Positions 61,690 to 64,000 of a stretch of 64,000 nt of DNA are shown here, in pieces. How positions within the stretch are numbered: position 1 is the first letter of the stretch; each line of letters starts with the position of its first letter. The translations under genes and the position numbers were made by a program. The stretch covers positions 17,484,001 to 17,548,000 of the forward strand of contig JBHGNT010000013.1 in the NCBI GenBank assembly GCA_043228905.1, in the 5' to 3' direction. This DNA is from Azolla caroliniana. Lineage: Eukaryota > Plantae > Polypodiophyta. A model generated the notes under the pieces. That model did not search any database. It had not been told where the DNA came from and was given only the letters and a program-made list of their open reading frames with translations.

Positions 61690-63000
61690 TATTCATTACC
61701 CTTGTGTGCGTCGCAAGCAAAATCTATTGGATATAGTGGATTCTGATAGGTGTAGGATGCCTACTAAATCTGTTTGGGTTATTTGTATTTTTTTTCGTTT
61801 GCTGAGGATTGCTCATCAAGAATCAGGGTTTGATTGCTAAAATGCAAAGATGCACCTTTGCTGAATTTAAGCCTTTTTATGTCGTTGTTGACCACCCAAA
61901 CAAGTAAAAAGATACAATGTCTACATACACACAATGGGGGTGAATTCTCTAGCATTGAAGTTCAAAACTTTTCTGAGTTACATAGTATAAAAATGGATGT
62001 AACGGCATCATAGAACCCCTCTTCTAATGGCCTGGTTGAAAGATATAGCAGGACACTAAGCGAGAGGGTGAGACACATGGTGTTGACAGCTAAACTCCCT
62101 CGTGGCTTTTGGGGAGAGGTTATTTAAACTGCAGCATATGTATGCAATAGATTCCCTAGCACAGCATTGAAATGTGTGATCACTGAGGAGGTTTGGTCTA
62201 GCAAACCAACCTCATATGTGTCTTTGGCTGTGATGTATTTGTGCACATTAGAAATGAGCTTAGAAATAAACTTAATACAAAGTCCATGAAGGGGATCTTC
62301 CTTAAGTATAGTGAAGAGGATAAAATGGACTCTACGATACAACTACCTCAGCTTAAAATTTTGTATGCAGCCAGGACATTGTCTTTAATGAGGCTAAGCT
62401 GCTCAAATCTTGTTGTCCCTCTAAGAAACATAGCAAAAAGGGTAGATTTCAGCATGACAAGCCAACCATTGGTGATGATAATGCGCCTCAATGAAACCAC
62501 GAAAGGCTGAAAATCATGATAAGCCCTGGTAATATTGCCAGAAGATGATGGGCAGCCATTACATGAACCTTTAGGTCATGAGCAACCATGAAATGTATCT
62601 TGAGGCCAATGAATAATGCTGAAAATGAGGCTGCAAATGATGGAGAACAGCCTAATGTCAAAGATATCGTGGTTCCTCGTGATGTAGATCTCATGCCTGA
62701 TAATGTAGATCACTGGGTAAGGTCTACTAGATTAAAAGGAGGCCCTTACAGAGACATGATCCCTCCTTGCATTAGAATATGATGACTGATGAGGATGAAA
62801 CCCTTACATTAAAGTGGCTTTATGTGAACAAATGAGCAAATGGGAGCTTTCAATGCAAGAAGAAACAAAAGCTTTGCAAGCAAACAATAATAGGAACTTG
62901 GTTGAATTGCCCGAGGATAAGAATATTATTCCTCATAGGTGGGTGTATAAAATCAAGACTGTGGATGGAAACCCAAGTAAAATGCAGTCATTGTGTAATC
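61690..63000 (+). mobile_element. Highly degenerate Copia integrase/RT remnant in the presumed first intron of the glycosyltransferase gene
   Basis: NGLVER, AAYVCNRFPS, LVELPEDKNIIPHRWVYKIK motifs; no LTRs recognised. Confidence 0.8.
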
Positions 63001-63099
63001 TGTGGTGCCAACCCAGCTATCTGTGATTCCTTGATACACAATGGGAACATACCATTTCATTTATGTTGCCACAGAATGGCAAGGTTGTTTGAAAGGAAT

Positions 63100-63896
63100 A
63101 GTGGGGATGAATAATTTGTTTGTTCCTTTATTTTTGTGTCATACCAAGAGTACATATCAATTATTTCATTATGTAAGCATCTCATGCCATAGAGAGTCAT
63201 AGATGAAGGAGCACTACACACGTAGATATGGTTAGGCTAATGAAGAGGTCTCCCTCAAAAATCCTTTCATGAGACATAGATTCATAACATAATGCAAAGA
63301 TTAGCATAGACCAAGCATGTTCTAGCATTACTATGCAATCAAGTTGCATGTTAAATCTCACGACTCTTTGATAAGCATGTTCACTACATAATACCAAGGC
63401 TTCCATTTACTTGCGAGATCATTTTGATGAATATACTTAAGCTCATTAATTTTTGACAAGATATCATATGATACTCATGGTTGTTTAATTCATTGTCCAA
63501 TTTGACCTCTTTAGAGAACTTAGTGTAATCTAAGCGGTTATTGCATTGCGATGTGAAACGGGGCGGTTGGGCACAAGTGATGAGAGTGGTCGACTATGCA
63601 CACCTTGCCCTAAACAAGTTCGAAAGTTTCAGTATCACACTTTGATACAATGCTCTGCTTTTGATCATATTCAACCATGCTTTCCACACATCTTCAACCA
63701 AGCTCAATCCTTGCAAGAATTTCTCTCACAACCACAATGTGAACTCTCGATTGCAACATTCATTGGAAAAGTTCTTGAACATCGAGAGTCGCTACTCACT
63801 TTCACATATATCACATAAAATGTAATATTTTTGGTCTCATAGATCACATTTGACCTCCAAAGACGATAATAGAATCTATCAAATCTATCTATCTCT
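63100..63896 (+). mobile_element. 3' end of a degenerate RTE-X-like LINE
   Basis: LRCETGR...CTPC...HTLIQC resembles the zinc-finger end of the 42.5-45.5 kb LINE; same 31-nt 3' hairpin at 63834-63864; (TCTA)n tail. 5' boundary approximate. Confidence 0.75.
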
Positions 63897-64000
63897 CAAT
63901 ACAACAATAACGATAATAGAATCTATCAGATCTATCTATCTCTCAATACAACAATAAAACCACACAAGCTCATTAACAAACAACAATCACGACACCATTT

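Overview
Eukaryotic plant genomic DNA, probably a large-genome seed-free plant such as a fern (inferred from the retroelement lineages and microsatellite style). Positions 1-41.8 kb are a nested retrotransposon pile in three nests, most boundaries fixed by 5-bp target-site duplications (TSDs). Nest 1: an L1-type LINE hosts Copia A, which carries two solo LTRs. Nest 2: a second L1 LINE hosts Copia B, which hosts Copia C. Nest 3: a non-coding LTR element G hosts Copia D, which hosts a solo LTR and Gypsy E, which hosts Copia F. Next come a 5'-truncated RTE-X-like LINE with an open ORF inside a (CT)n microsatellite, a Dof transcription factor gene (+) and 13 exons of a convergent glycosyltransferase gene (-, At5g04480/At4g01210-like). 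Top observations: (1) element G has no tRNA PBS but a Tf1-like 11-nt self-priming complementarity, plus a tRNA-like cassette in its LTRs; (2) the putative Dof 5' leader holds an array of repeated tripeptide uORFs; (3) two RTE-X-like LINE ends share a 31-nt 3' hairpin followed by simple-repeat tails; (4) a Copia family has a duplicated polypurine tract, and in one copy a ~245-aa extension follows RNase H. All alignments and coordinates were read by eye.
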